Shown here: piece by piece, positions 37,209-47,326 of the stretch | Layout of the letters: the number at the start of each line of letters is the position of its first letter | Numbering within the stretch: position 1 is the first letter of the stretch | Assembly (NCBI GenBank): GCA_910588865.1 | Contig: CAJUSJ010000006.1 | Coordinates: 4,755 to 68,754, forward strand | Origin: an uncultured Lachnospiraceae bacterium | GTDB taxonomy: Bacteria; Bacillota; Clostridia; Lachnospirales; Lachnospiraceae | Length of the DNA: 64,000 nucleotides | Direction of reading: 5' to 3' | Program-made: the position numbers and the translations under genes | The notes under the pieces: model-generated | What the model was told of the DNA's origin: nothing | Database searches by the model: none | The model's input: only the letters and a program-made list of their open reading frames with translations

Positions 37209-39191
37209 ATGAATAAAATCCATACTCTGTCAGTAAATACCATCCGGGTATTGTCAGCAGATGCCATTCAGAAAGCCAACTCCGGCCATCCGGGACTTCC
37301 CCTGGGAGCCGCGCCCATGGCTTATGAGCTGTGGGCCAACCACATGAACCACAATCCGGCGGACCCTGACTGGCCTAACCGGGACCGTTTTATCCTTTCG
37401 GGCGGCCATGGATCCATGCTTCTGTATTCCCTGCTTCACCTTTTCAAATATGACAATCTGTCTATAGAAGATATCAAGAATTTCCGCCAGCTGGGTTCCG
37501 TAACCCCGGGGCATCCGGAGTACGGCTGCACCGTGGGGGTGGAGGCCACCACAGGCCCTCTGGGGGCCGGCATGGCCATGGCGGTGGGAATGGCCATGGC
37601 AGAGGCTCACCTGGCCGCTGTTTTCAATAAAGAGAATTATCCGGTGGTGGATCATTATACCTATGTACTGGGCGGGGATGGCTGTATGATGGAGGGGATC
37701 ACCTCCGAGGCCTTCTCCCTGGCAGGCACCCTGGGGCTGTCCAAGCTGATCGTGCTCTATGATTCCAACAGGATCACCATTGAGGGAGACACGGACATTA
37801 CTTTCACGGAGAACGTGGCCGCGCGTATGGAGGCTTTTGGTTTCCAGACCATCACCGTGGAGGATGGCAATGACCTGGAGGCCATCGGAGCGGCTATTAA
37901 GGAGGCCAAGGCGGATACAGAGAGGCCGTCTTTTATCACCGTAAAGACAGAGATCGGTTACGGCTGTCCGGCAAAGCAGGGCAAGGCCAGCGCCCACGGC
38001 GAGCCTCTGGGAGCGGACAATGTGGCCGCCCTGAAGGAGAACCTTGGCTGGCCGTACAAGGAGGATTTTTATGTGCCAGAGGAGGTCTATGCCCATTTTC
38101 AGGACCTGTCCGGGGAAAAAGCGGAGACAGAGGCGGCCTGGAACGTGATGTTTGCCGCTTATTGCCAGGAGTATCCCCAGATGAAGGAGCTGTGGAACCA
38201 GTATCACGACACCGGACTGGGGAGACAGTTTGAGGATGATGAGGATTTCTGGGCCAGCAGCGCCAAGTCGGAGGCTACCAGGAGCCTGTCCGGGAAGCTG
38301 TTGAACCATATGGCGGAAAAGATGCCGAACTTATTCGGCGGGTCCGCGGACCTCGCGCCCTCCAACAAGACCTTTATGAACGGAAAAGGGGATTTTTCAA
38401 AGGAAACCCCGGAAGGAAGCAATATCCATTTCGGCGTCAGGGAGCTTGCCATGACAGCCATCGGCAACGGGGTGATGCTCCACGGCGGCCTTCGGGCATA
38501 CATTGCCACCTTCTTTGTGTTCAGTGATTATATGAAGCCCATGGCCAGGCTGTCCGCGCTGATGGGACTGCCCCTGACCTATGTGCTGACCCACGACAGC
38601 ATCGGGGTGGGAGAGGACGGACCTACCCATGAGCCGGTAGAGCAGCTTGCCATGCTCCGCTCCATCCCTAATTTCCATGTATTCCGTCCCTGTGATTCCG
38701 TGGAGACCGCGGCTGCCTGGTACAGCGCGGTGACTTCCCAGCATACTCCCACGGCCCTTGTGCTGAGCCGTCAGAACCTGCCGGCGGTGGAGGGCACGAA
38801 GAGGGATGCCTTAAGGGGCGGTTACGTGCTGTCTGACTGTGAGGGAACTCCGGAGGTGATCCTTATGGCCACAGGGTCTGAGGTGAGCCTTGCCCTGGAG
38901 GCAAAGAAAGTTCTGGAGGCAGAGGGAAGAAGGATCCGGGTGGTGTCCATGCCCTGTATGGAGCTGTTCTGCCAGCAGACGGACGAGTACAGGGAGTCTG
39001 TTCTGCCCAGATCCGTGACAAAGCGGGTGGCCATTGAGGCGGGAAGCGCCTTTGGATGGGGCAGCTTTGTGGGCCTGGAGGGCGCGTGCGTGGCCATGGA
39101 AGGCTTTGGAGCCAGCGGTCCGTCCGGGGAGCTTTTCGCGCGTTTTGGTTTCACCGCGGACCATGTGGTGGATACGGTGAGAAGTCTGTAA
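37209..39191 (+). CDS. tkt: Transketolase
   Basis: 660 aa with [12 protein letters not shown], the ThDP motif [10 protein letters not shown] and [13 protein letters not shown]. Confidence 0.95.
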   Translation: MNKIHTLSVNTIRVLSADAIQKANSGHPGLPLGAAPMAYELWANHMNHNPADPDWPNRDRFILSGGHGSMLLYSLLHLFKYDNLSIEDIKNFRQLGSVTPGHPEYGCTVGVEATTGPLGAGMAMAVGMAMAEAHLAAVFNKENYPVVDHYTYVLGGDGCMMEGITSEAFSLAGTLGLSKLIVLYDSNRITIEGDTDITFTENVAARMEAFGFQTITVEDGNDLEAIGAAIKEAKADTERPSFITVKTEIGYGCPAKQGKASAHGEPLGADNVAALKENLGWPYKEDFYVPEEVYAHFQDLSGEKAETEAAWNVMFAAYCQEYPQMKELWNQYHDTGLGRQFEDDEDFWASSAKSEATRSLSGKLLNHMAEKMPNLFGGSADLAPSNKTFMNGKGDFSKETPEGSNIHFGVRELAMTAIGNGVMLHGGLRAYIATFFVFSDYMKPMARLSALMGLPLTYVLTHDSIGVGEDGPTHEPVEQLAMLRSIPNFHVFRPCDSVETAAAWYSAVTSQHTPTALVLSRQNLPAVEGTKRDALRGGYVLSDCEGTPEVILMATGSEVSLALEAKKVLEAEGRRIRVVSMPCMELFCQQTDEYRESVLPRSVTKRVAIEAGSAFGWGSFVGLEGACVAMEGFGASGPSGELFARFGFTADHVVDTVRSL

Positions 39192-39275
39192 ACGTAAATA
39201 CGGGAATGAGCCTGAGGCATATGCTGTCCAGGCCATTCCTTTTATTTAAAATAATACGATGAGGAGGAAAATACC

Positions 39276-40220
39276 ATGGGGAAGAAATGTATCGGAGTTG
39301 ACGTAGGGGGAACTACTGTCAAGCTGGGACTGTTTGAGGTCACGGGAGAGCTTTTGAAAAAGTGGGAGATTCCCACCAACAAGGAGGAGCAGGGAAAGTA
39401 TATTGTCAGTGACATCGCGGAGTCTGTCCGTCAGGTGCTGGATCAGGAAAATATCCCTCTCACAGATGTGGAAGGCGCTGGTATGGGCGTGCCGGGACCC
39501 GTGATGCCTGACGGCTATGTGGAGGTATGTGTCAATTTAGGCTGGAAGGACAAATATCCGGCAAGAGAGCTGAGCGACGCTTTAAAGGGTCTTCCGGTAA
39601 AGTGCGGCAATGACGCCAACGTGGCGGCTCTGGGCGAGATGTGGCAGGGCGGCGGAAAGGGTTTTACGGATATCGTTATGGTGACCTTGGGAACCGGAGT
39701 AGGCGGCGGCGTGATCATAGACGAGAAGATCGTTACAGGCAAGCACGGCCTGGGCGGAGAGATCGGCCACATCCATGTGAGGGATGAGGAGACCGAGCAC
39801 TGCAACTGCGGCGGTGTGGGCTGCTTAGAGCAGGTGGCTTCCGCCACAGGTATTGCCAGGGAGGCCAGAAGAAAGATGGCGGCCTGTGATACCCCATCCC
39901 TTATGAGGAAAGCAGGAGATCAGGTGACGGCAAAGGATGTGCTGGACGCGGCTAAAGAGGGAGACTCCCTGGCGCTGGAGGTTATGGAGGTTGTGGGACA
40001 CTATCTGGGAGTGGCCCTGGCCGGCCTGGCTCTCACCGTGGATCCTCAGATGTTTGTCATCGGAGGCGGCGTGTCCAAGGCAGGACAGTATCTGGTGGAA
40101 GTGATCAACCGCCACTATGCCAAGTATATGACCATCTCTGAGAACAGAGGAACCATCGGACTGGCCAAATTGGGAAATGACGCGGGAATCTACGGCGCCG
40201 CGAGACTTATGTTGGAGTAA
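39276..40220 (+). CDS. glcK: ROK-family glucokinase
   Basis: IGVDVGGTTVKLG, the zinc motif HCNCGGVGCLE and the ROK signature GIGGGVI-like GTGVGGGVI. Confidence 0.85.
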   Translation: MGKKCIGVDVGGTTVKLGLFEVTGELLKKWEIPTNKEEQGKYIVSDIAESVRQVLDQENIPLTDVEGAGMGVPGPVMPDGYVEVCVNLGWKDKYPARELSDALKGLPVKCGNDANVAALGEMWQGGGKGFTDIVMVTLGTGVGGGVIIDEKIVTGKHGLGGEIGHIHVRDEETEHCNCGGVGCLEQVASATGIAREARRKMAACDTPSLMRKAGDQVTAKDVLDAAKEGDSLALEVMEVVGHYLGVALAGLALTVDPQMFVIGGGVSKAGQYLVEVINRHYAKYMTISENRGTIGLAKLGNDAGIYGAARLMLE

Positions 40221-40296
40221 AGTCCGGCGGCAGTGGTTTTAGACAATCGTTCCGGGCGGGGTTGAGGGGAAGAGTATCAATATTCAGGAGGGGACT

Positions 40297-41964
40297 ATGG
40301 AATACAACAAGAGAAAAACAGTTGTGATCGGGCACAAGAATCCGGACACGGATTCCATATGCTCTGCCATATGCTACGCGAATTTAAAGAGCACCATTAC
40401 CGGCATGGAATATGAGCCGGGCCGGGCCGGCCATGTCAGTGAGGAGACCCAGTTTGTGCTTAACTATTTTGGGGTGGACGCGCCCAGGCTCATTAAGCAT
40501 GTAAAGACAGAGGTGAGGGATATTGAGATCAGGGAGACCAAAGGGGTAAAGAAGAATATCTCCCTGAAAAAGGCGTGGAACACCATGCAGGCCTCCAACG
40601 CGGTGACCCTCCCGGCGGTGACAGACGACGGGATGCTGGAGGGGCTTATTACTGTGGGGGATATCACAAAGTCCTACATGAATGTGTATGACAGCAAAAT
40701 CTTATCCAAAGCCAACACCCAGTATTCCAATATCATCGAGACAGTGGAGGGCGATCTGATCGTAGGGGACGCGGATGCCTATTTTTCTGAGGGGAAGGTT
40801 CTGATCGCGGCAGCCAACCCGGATCTGATGGAATACTATATCAATAAAAATGACCTGGTGATCCTGGGCAACCGCTACGAGTCCCAGCTGTGCGCCATTG
40901 AGATGGAGGCGGCCTGCATCATTGTCTGCGAGGGCGCGGGAGTGTCCATGACCATCAAAAAGCTGGCCCAGGAGCGGGGCTGCACGGTTATCGCCACCAC
41001 CTACGATACATATACCGTTGCCCGTCTGGTGAACCAGAGTATGCCCATCAGCTATTTTATGAAGACCGACAACCTGGTGACCTTTGACGAGAATGATATC
41101 ATTGACGAGATCAAGGATGTGATGGCCAGCAAACGGTACCGGGATTTCCCCATCCTGGACAAAAACGGCAGATACAAGGGCATGATCTCCAGGCGGAACC
41201 TTCTGGGGGCCCAGGGGAAGATGCTGATCCTGGTGGATCACAACGAGAAATCCCAGGCCGTGGATGGCATTGAGAACGCCAGGATCATGGAGATCATTGA
41301 CCACCACCGGCTGGGGACCATTGAGACCATATCTCCTGTGTTTTTCCGGAATCAGCCCCTTGGCTGCACGGCGACCATTGTATACCAGATGTACAGAGAG
41401 GCGGGGGTGGAGGTGGACAGGACCATAGCGGGCCTTCTGTGCAGCGCCATTATATCGGACACACTTCTGTTCCGCTCCCCCACCTGTACGGAGGTGGACA
41501 AGAAGGCGGCCACGGAGCTGGCGGTCATAGCCGGAATCCAGCTTGAGACCTACGCGGGGGAGATGTTCGCCGCTGGAAGCAATTTAAAGAGCAAGACAGA
41601 TGAAGACATTTTCTATCAGGATTTTAAGAAATTTACCGCGGGCAAAGTATCTTTCGGCGTGGGCCAGATCAGCTCCATGAACGTGCAGGAGCTGGATACC
41701 TTGAAAACCCGCCTCATCCCCTATATCCAGCAGGCTCACAAGGAGCAGAGGGGCATGGATATGATATTCTTCATGCTGACCAACATCTTAGATGAGTCCA
41801 CCATCCTGATCTGCGAGGGGTCAGGGGCGAGAAAGATGATTATGAGCGCGTTTCATATTGAGGAGGCCGAAGGAGGCGGATGGGGCTGCACTGTGGTGCT
41901 TCCGGGAGTGGTATCCCGCAAGAAGCAGCTGATCCCGGCCATAGGCATGGCCCTTCAGGCGTAG
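40297..41964 (+). CDS. ppaC: DHH/DHHA2 family inorganic pyrophosphatase with a CBS-domain insertion
   Basis: VIGHKNPDTDSICSAI (DHH N-motifs), LVDHNE and IIDHHRLG. CBS-like stretches lie at aa 75-135 and 250-310. The C-terminal DHHA2 region carries GVGQISS. Confidence 0.8.
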   Translation: MEYNKRKTVVIGHKNPDTDSICSAICYANLKSTITGMEYEPGRAGHVSEETQFVLNYFGVDAPRLIKHVKTEVRDIEIRETKGVKKNISLKKAWNTMQASNAVTLPAVTDDGMLEGLITVGDITKSYMNVYDSKILSKANTQYSNIIETVEGDLIVGDADAYFSEGKVLIAAANPDLMEYYINKNDLVILGNRYESQLCAIEMEAACIIVCEGAGVSMTIKKLAQERGCTVIATTYDTYTVARLVNQSMPISYFMKTDNLVTFDENDIIDEIKDVMASKRYRDFPILDKNGRYKGMISRRNLLGAQGKMLILVDHNEKSQAVDGIENARIMEIIDHHRLGTIETISPVFFRNQPLGCTATIVYQMYREAGVEVDRTIAGLLCSAIISDTLLFRSPTCTEVDKKAATELAVIAGIQLETYAGEMFAAGSNLKSKTDEDIFYQDFKKFTAGKVSFGVGQISSMNVQELDTLKTRLIPYIQQAHKEQRGMDMIFFMLTNILDESTILICEGSGARKMIMSAFHIEEAEGGGWGCTVVLPGVVSRKKQLIPAIGMALQA

Positions 41965-41982
41965 GAGGACAGGAGGCGGAAC

Positions 41983-42261
41983 ATGACATTTATTTATCCG
42001 GCAGTATTTACTCCCCACAAGGAGGGAAAAGGATATCACGCGCGTTTTCCGGATCTGGAGTGCTGTGAGGCCGACGGCCCGGATCTGGAGGATGCCATAG
42101 AAAATGCCAGGGACGCGGCTTACAACTGGCTGTGGGCCGAGCTGGAGGAAGAGTCTCCGGAGTTTCCCATGGTGACCCATGAGGAGGATATCCTTCTGGC
42201 TCCAGGGGAAGAAGTGCGGCAGATCATGACTGTGATCCGGCTTCTGCCGGACAATGACTGA
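41983..42261 (+). CDS. HicB-like (UPF0150) antitoxin-fold protein, no partner toxin
   Basis: 92 aa. YPAVFTPHKEGKGYHARFPDLECCEADGPDLEDAIENARDA matches the HicB N-domain pattern. No C-terminal DNA-binding domain. Confidence 0.6.
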   Translation: MTFIYPAVFTPHKEGKGYHARFPDLECCEADGPDLEDAIENARDAAYNWLWAELEEESPEFPMVTHEEDILLAPGEEVRQIMTVIRLLPDND

Positions 42262-42278
42262 GACTGTCTGAAAGGCAG

Positions 42279-42869
42279 GTGTTAGGTGTGGGAAAAGAAA
42301 AAGAGCTGTGGAAGCCAGGGAACATGCTTTATCCGGTGCCGGCGGTGATGGTAAGCTGCCAGAGGCCGGGGGAGGCTCCCAATATCATCACGGTGGCGTG
42401 GGCCGGAACCATCTGCTCCGACCCGGTGATGCTGTCCATCTCCGTGAGAAAGGAGCGGCACAGCTACGAGATCATAAAACATACAGGAGAGTTTGTGGTG
42501 AACTTGGTGACCAGGGACCTGGTCTATGCCGCTGATTACTGCGGGGTAAAGTCCGGGCGGGATGTGGATAAGTTCAGGGACATGAACTTAACGCCCCGGG
42601 CCTCCGTCCATGTTCAGGCTCCGGGCATTGAGGAGAGTCCGGTGAATTTAGAGTGCCGGGTAAAACAGGTAATCGAATTGGGCAGCCATGACATGTTTCT
42701 CGCGGAGGTCGAGGGAGTGACTGTGGACAGGGAATATATAGATGAGAAGGGAAAGTTCCATCTCAACGATACAGGACTTGTCAGCTATTCCCATGGAGAG
42801 TATTTTCAGCTGGGAGAGAAGCTGGGGAAATTCGGCTACTCTGTGAGGAAGAAGAAAAACAGCCATTGA
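42279..42869 (+). CDS. Flavin reductase-like domain protein
   Basis: YPVPAVMVSC...PNIITVAWAGTICSDPVMLSISV...HSYEIIKHTGEFVVNL. The start codon is uncertain (non-ATG in the track). Confidence 0.75.
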   Translation: MLGVGKEKELWKPGNMLYPVPAVMVSCQRPGEAPNIITVAWAGTICSDPVMLSISVRKERHSYEIIKHTGEFVVNLVTRDLVYAADYCGVKSGRDVDKFRDMNLTPRASVHVQAPGIEESPVNLECRVKQVIELGSHDMFLAEVEGVTVDREYIDEKGKFHLNDTGLVSYSHGEYFQLGEKLGKFGYSVRKKKNSH

Positions 42870-42878
42870 CACAGGGAA

Positions 42879-43424
42879 TTGACCGGGGAGAGAACAGGAA
42901 ATATGACAGGGAAAGAGAGAAATTATACGCTGATCGGCATGCCGGCGTCAGGGAAAAGCACGGTGGGAGTCCTTCTGGCCAAGCGGCTGGGGTTCTCCTT
43001 TGTGGACGTGGATATTGTGATTCAGGAGAAAGAGAAAAGGCTTCTGAAGGAGATTATTGCCCAGGAAGGGATTGACGGGTTCATGGCAGTGGAGAACCGG
43101 ATCAATGCCTCCCTGGATGCGGACCGTTCGGTGATCGCTCCGGGCGGCAGCGTGATCTACGGGAAAGAGGCCATGGAACATCTCAGGGAGATCAGCACTA
43201 TCGTATATCTGAAGCTGAGCTATGAGGATGTGAAAAAGAGGCTGGGCAATCTGGTGGATCGGGGAGTGGTGCTGAAAGACGGAATGACGCTGTTGGATCT
43301 GTACAACGAGAGAGTTCCTTACTATGAGAGGTACGCGGATATCACCGTGGATGAGACCGGACAGACGGTCGGGGAGACCGTGGATTATCTGAGGGATCTG
43401 ATCGAAAAGAGGCTTGGGCTTTAA
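42879..43424 (+). CDS. aroK: Shikimate kinase
   Basis: P-loop LIGMPASGKSTVG, FVDVD, and a GGSVIY lid region. An alternative start ATG lies at 42903. Confidence 0.8.
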   Translation: MTGERTGNMTGKERNYTLIGMPASGKSTVGVLLAKRLGFSFVDVDIVIQEKEKRLLKEIIAQEGIDGFMAVENRINASLDADRSVIAPGGSVIYGKEAMEHLREISTIVYLKLSYEDVKKRLGNLVDRGVVLKDGMTLLDLYNERVPYYERYADITVDETGQTVGETVDYLRDLIEKRLGL

Positions 43425-43427
43425 AAT

Positions 43428-43484
43428 GGAGGGTACTCCTCAGTCATCAAAAACAGATGACCGAGGAGTACCCTCTTTGTATTT
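43428..43484. terminator. Bidirectional terminator between convergent aroK and the PBP operon
   Basis: About 20-bp stem GGAGGGTACTCCTCAGTCATC (43428-43448) / GATGACCGAGGAGTACCCTC (43456-43475), flanked by TTAAAA and TTTGTATTT. Confidence 0.8.
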
Positions 43485-43534
43485 ACCCGCGGGAAAGGAG
43501 ATTTGCGGCGGCAGCCCCGCTAAACGATACCTGC

Positions 43535-43870
43535 CTACAGCATCTCCATATAAGCCAGGACCTGGTCTAATAGGATCAGACCATAGTGTACAAACACAGC
43601 CAGGATAGCCAGGGTTATGAGCAGGAATATGGTCTTGTAGATCAGGTAGGCTTTGGCAAAATCCTTTTTGGCCCCCGCGGAGGGGCTGCAGGCCAGGATT
43701 ATCAGGTAGATCCACCCGATAATGGGAATGTTCATGCACATGAAGGTTACGAACCAGCTTCTCACGGGAACAGCGGCGGCAGGCTTTTTGGAAACCGGGC
43801 CGGATTCATCTGGAGAAGGTTCTTCCGGGGTTCGGCGCGACCACGGCCACAATGGTATTTTCACGATCAT
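43535..43870 (-). CDS. Small membrane protein of unknown function, translationally coupled to the PBP gene
   Basis: 111 aa with two TM segments (NIPIIGWIYLIILA, IFLLITLAILAVFVHYGLILL). Its start overlaps the PBP stop by 4 nt. Confidence 0.55.
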   Translation of the reverse strand: MIVKIPLWPWSRRTPEEPSPDESGPVSKKPAAAVPVRSWFVTFMCMNIPIIGWIYLIILACSPSAGAKKDFAKAYLIYKTIFLLITLAILAVFVHYGLILLDQVLAYMEML

Positions 43871-46800
43871 CTCACCCCCGGTCCTTTGGACGGTGTCCAG
43901 TAATATTGTTCTGTCTGATACAAATCATAAAGCTCCTGCTGCTCCCTGTCCTTTCGCTGGGCCTGGTAGGTGTTCCACTGGGCCTGGGTGGGCAGCGTCC
44001 GGATCCTGGTTATGGCCGCTTCCAGACGGGCCCGGTATTCGTCGGTAGCGGTGTAGCCGTAAAGCTCGCCCAGCTTGTCGATGGCCGTGGTGACCAGCTG
44101 GTCCGCGTCAGAGGACCGGTACTGTATGGCCTCCACCATCTCAAGGGCTGTCTCAAAGGCAGCGATACGGTTTTGGATCTCTTCCTCTTTCCGCCGCCCT
44201 TCGGCTTCCTGGTCAGCCTTGCGGCGCTCCCGCTGCCTTGCCAGCTCCTGCCGCTCATCGTAAACCCGGATGGCATCTGCCATGGAATCCATGATCTGTG
44301 AGAATTCCTCCCATCTGGTCTCAGCCCTGTCGAAAAGCTCTTTTCTCTTGTCGCCATCCTCCAGCCTGGTTAAGCCCTGGGAAATGGCCTGGTATTCGCT
44401 TCGGACTTCTGGAACGTCTTCTACAGAGTCAATGGTCCTGTCCTCAAAAGCGGAAACCATGTTTTCCAGTTCGTCTGTAAGCCTTTTCTGTGTCTTTTCC
44501 GTGATGTTCTGCTGGGCCCGGAACTGGGAGCTGGTGCTGAAATAATCTACTAAGTTGGTGCCGGCGGCGTAATCCGGCTCTATGTAGAGTCCGTCTGCCA
44601 GGTACACCACAGGAGGGGCCGGCAGAAGGGGAGGCTCGGCGGGCGGTTCTTCCGCGGGGGTCTCCGGGGTTTCCGCCGGAGGTTCCTCCTGCCCCTGGGG
44701 ATCGGAAATTTCTTCACTGCTTTCTCCTGGCTGGGGGCTTTCCTCAGCCGGGTCAGGCGATGAGGGAATCCCTGGCCCTATGGGGGCGGGACGGGTGGGC
44801 TGGGGTACAGGCTGGCTGCCCACTCCCGGCCCCACGCCGGGCCCGATCTCCTGAGATGTGCCGGGTCCCGCGGGGGTCTCTGAAGCGCTGCCGGGGCCTG
44901 CCTCCTGTTCCTGGGAACCGCCCGGACCAGGTACTCCCGGTCCGGCCCCGGTGTGCATGTAGTAAACAGCCTCCTCTTCCTGGACAGCGGCGGCAGTGTA
45001 CACAGGCTCCGCCGCCGCCACATCCGGTGCCGCTATGACGGTGCTCATAAGCTGTCTTGACTCAGCGTCCTCCCTGGAGATGGAGGTCAGGGCTGGATGG
45101 AGCCGTTCTCCGGTGACGGAGTTGTAAGTATCTTTCACCACGGTTTCAGGGCGCTCCCAGTCCCAGGGCTCCAGGTTCTCGTGTAGCTGGTTCATGACGT
45201 TTTTCCATATGGCCCCGGCATAGGTGCTGCCGTAGACTCCCGGCATGGCCCTGGGGGTGTCGTAGCCCACCCAGACAGCGGTGGTGTAATAGCGGGTGTA
45301 CCCGCAGAACCAGGTATCCTTGCTGCTGTTGGTGGTTCCGGTTTTTCCCGCCGCGGGCATGCCGCCCGCGAGCCCCAGGCCCCTGCCTGTGCCGTAGGGG
45401 GAGGTGAAGGTGCCCTTTAACACGTCCGTAAGCATAAAAGCGCTGTCGCTGCCATATACCTGTCTGGTAATGGAGGGTATGCGGGAAGTGAGGGTGCCTT
45501 CGTGCTCATGTTCGATCCTGAGGATACAGGTGCGGTCATTGTAAAGGCCGCTGTTGGCCAGGGTGCTGAAGCCCTTTGCCATATCCACCACCCGCACGCC
45601 GTTGGTAAATCCGCCGATGCTCAGGGACTGAACACCATTGTCCACATAGGTGAGCCTGTGGAACTGCATGCTGTCCAAGTAGCTGAGCCCGGTGTCAATG
45701 CCGATATCCTCCAGAACCTGCCAGGCCACGGTGTTTAAGCTGCGGTTTAAGGCTTCCCGGACAGTGACAGGACCGTAGTACCGGCCTCCGCTGTTGGAAG
45801 GCCCATCCTCCCACTTGTGGTCGTCTACCACCCGGGAAGGATAATATTCGCCGGTGTCAAAGGCAGGACCGTAGTCAATGAGGGGCTTGATGGTGCTTCC
45901 GGGCTGCCTGGCGCTTAAGTAGCCCCGGTTGAACTGGTCCTCCGTACCCCGCCCGCCCACGATGGCCACCACGTAGTTGGTCTGATTGTCCACAATTACC
46001 CCGGCTCCCTGGAGGGCGAACTTCCCGTTCTCCTGAATCTCCGTAAAGGGGGAGAGAACCTGATCCAAATGGGTCTGGAGCATCTGCTGGATATCCTGGT
46101 CAAGGGATGTGTAGATCTGATAGCCTCCGCTTCGTATGGAGTCATTTTTCTCATTGTACACAGTGGTGTAGAGTTCTATGTACTGGTCATAGTCCTGCTT
46201 GTCCGCGAAGGTGTAGCGGAAAGAAAATTCCTCCTGCTTCATCAGCTCCAAGGAGGCGCAGTGGACCGCGTAGCTGGTGAGATAGCTGTCGTCAGTGCCT
46301 TCCTGCTCCTGCCGCTGGATGCGCAGAGGCTGGCTTACCGCTTTGTCGTAGGCCTCCTGGGACAGCATGTCCACCTCCAGCATGCTCTTAAGGACCTCAT
46401 CCCTTTTCCTGCGGGAAGCGTCGGGGTGGGTGATGGGGTCGTAGGCTGACGGGCTGTTGCTGATGCCTACAAGGACCGCGGCTTCGTAAACCTCCAAGTC
46501 CGCGGCGTCCTTGCCGAAATAGTATTGGCTGGCGGCCTGGACCCCGTAGCACCGATGGCCGTAAAAATTGGTGTTGCAGTAGAATTCCATGATATCGGCC
46601 TTGGAGTAGGCCTTCTCGATCTCAGGGGCCAGCAGGATCTCCACCATCTTGCGGGTAAAGGTCTTTTCCTGGGTCAGGTAGGTGTTTTTAATGATCTGCT
46701 GGGTAATGGTGCTCCCGCCCTGGGTGATAGCGCCCTTGTGCTTTACCAGGGCAAGCCCTGCCCGGAAGGTGGCGATCCAGTCCACCCCGCTGTGGGTCTT

Positions 46801-47166
46801 AAAACGCCGGTCCTCCTGGGCGATGTAGGCGTTTTGCAGGTTCAGGCTGATGTCCGAGATGTCCGCATACTCGTAATGGCCCGCGTTGATAATGCCGATA
46901 CGGTTCCCGTCCTTGTCAAAGATCTCTGTATCGGACAGCATGCTGAAATCGTCCCGCTTCATCTGGGCCAGGGTGTCATAGGCCACCTGTCGGCCATCCT
47001 CCAGCTGAGGTTTTACTTTGATGAAGATCAGGACGCCTGCCGCCACACAGAGTATGAGGAACACTGTCACGATCTGGAGGGCGGACTGGAGGATCCAGCC
47101 CACAGCGCCCAGAAGACTGAAGACAGCGGCAAACAGTATGCGGACGAATTTTTTAACAAAATTCAT
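43867..47166 (-). CDS. Class A penicillin-binding protein (GT51 transglycosylase plus transpeptidase) with a ~400-aa C-terminal extension
   Basis: 1099 aa. GT51 motifs are EDRRFKTHSGVD, GGSTITQQ and RKMVEILLAPEIE. Transpeptidase motifs are GSTIKP, SLN and KTGTT. A Pro/Gly-rich tract and a charged helical region follow. Confidence 0.9.
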   Translation of the reverse strand: MNFVKKFVRILFAAVFSLLGAVGWILQSALQIVTVFLILCVAAGVLIFIKVKPQLEDGRQVAYDTLAQMKRDDFSMLSDTEIFDKDGNRIGIINAGHYEYADISDISLNLQNAYIAQEDRRFKTHSGVDWIATFRAGLALVKHKGAITQGGSTITQQIIKNTYLTQEKTFTRKMVEILLAPEIEKAYSKADIMEFYCNTNFYGHRCYGVQAASQYYFGKDAADLEVYEAAVLVGISNSPSAYDPITHPDASRRKRDEVLKSMLEVDMLSQEAYDKAVSQPLRIQRQEQEGTDDSYLTSYAVHCASLELMKQEEFSFRYTFADKQDYDQYIELYTTVYNEKNDSIRSGGYQIYTSLDQDIQQMLQTHLDQVLSPFTEIQENGKFALQGAGVIVDNQTNYVVAIVGGRGTEDQFNRGYLSARQPGSTIKPLIDYGPAFDTGEYYPSRVVDDHKWEDGPSNSGGRYYGPVTVREALNRSLNTVAWQVLEDIGIDTGLSYLDSMQFHRLTYVDNGVQSLSIGGFTNGVRVVDMAKGFSTLANSGLYNDRTCILRIEHEHEGTLTSRIPSITRQVYGSDSAFMLTDVLKGTFTSPYGTGRGLGLAGGMPAAGKTGTTNSSKDTWFCGYTRYYTTAVWVGYDTPRAMPGVYGSTYAGAIWKNVMNQLHENLEPWDWERPETVVKDTYNSVTGERLHPALTSISREDAESRQLMSTVIAAPDVAAAEPVYTAAAVQEEEAVYYMHTGAGPGVPGPGGSQEQEAGPGSASETPAGPGTSQEIGPGVGPGVGSQPVPQPTRPAPIGPGIPSSPDPAEESPQPGESSEEISDPQGQEEPPAETPETPAEEPPAEPPLLPAPPVVYLADGLYIEPDYAAGTNLVDYFSTSSQFRAQQNITEKTQKRLTDELENMVSAFEDRTIDSVEDVPEVRSEYQAISQGLTRLEDGDKRKELFDRAETRWEEFSQIMDSMADAIRVYDERQELARQRERRKADQEAEGRRKEEEIQNRIAAFETALEMVEAIQYRSSDADQLVTTAIDKLGELYGYTATDEYRARLEAAITRIRTLPTQAQWNTYQAQRKDREQQELYDLYQTEQYYWTPSKGPGVR

Positions 47167-47326
47167 GGCATATAATCCTTTCTGAAGTTTTCAAAATTAA
47201 GTAATTCCTATTATAAAACAAAAACCAAAAAAAGGGGATAAAAATTCAGAAATTTTCTTGAAGGAATTTGAAAAATGCTATAAGATTAGGATATAAAAAA
47301 TTTATTAACCAAGGAGGACCTGTGAG

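Noticed and set aside
37254-38309. 351-aa minus-strand ORF
   Set aside because: Antisense to transketolase. The Arg/Leu/Gly/Pro-rich translation has no recognisable family.
46525-47175. 216-aa plus-strand ORF opposite the PBP gene, and 49575-50315 opposite the M20 hydrolase
   Set aside because: Both are antisense to genes with unambiguous catalytic motifs and have no independent evidence.
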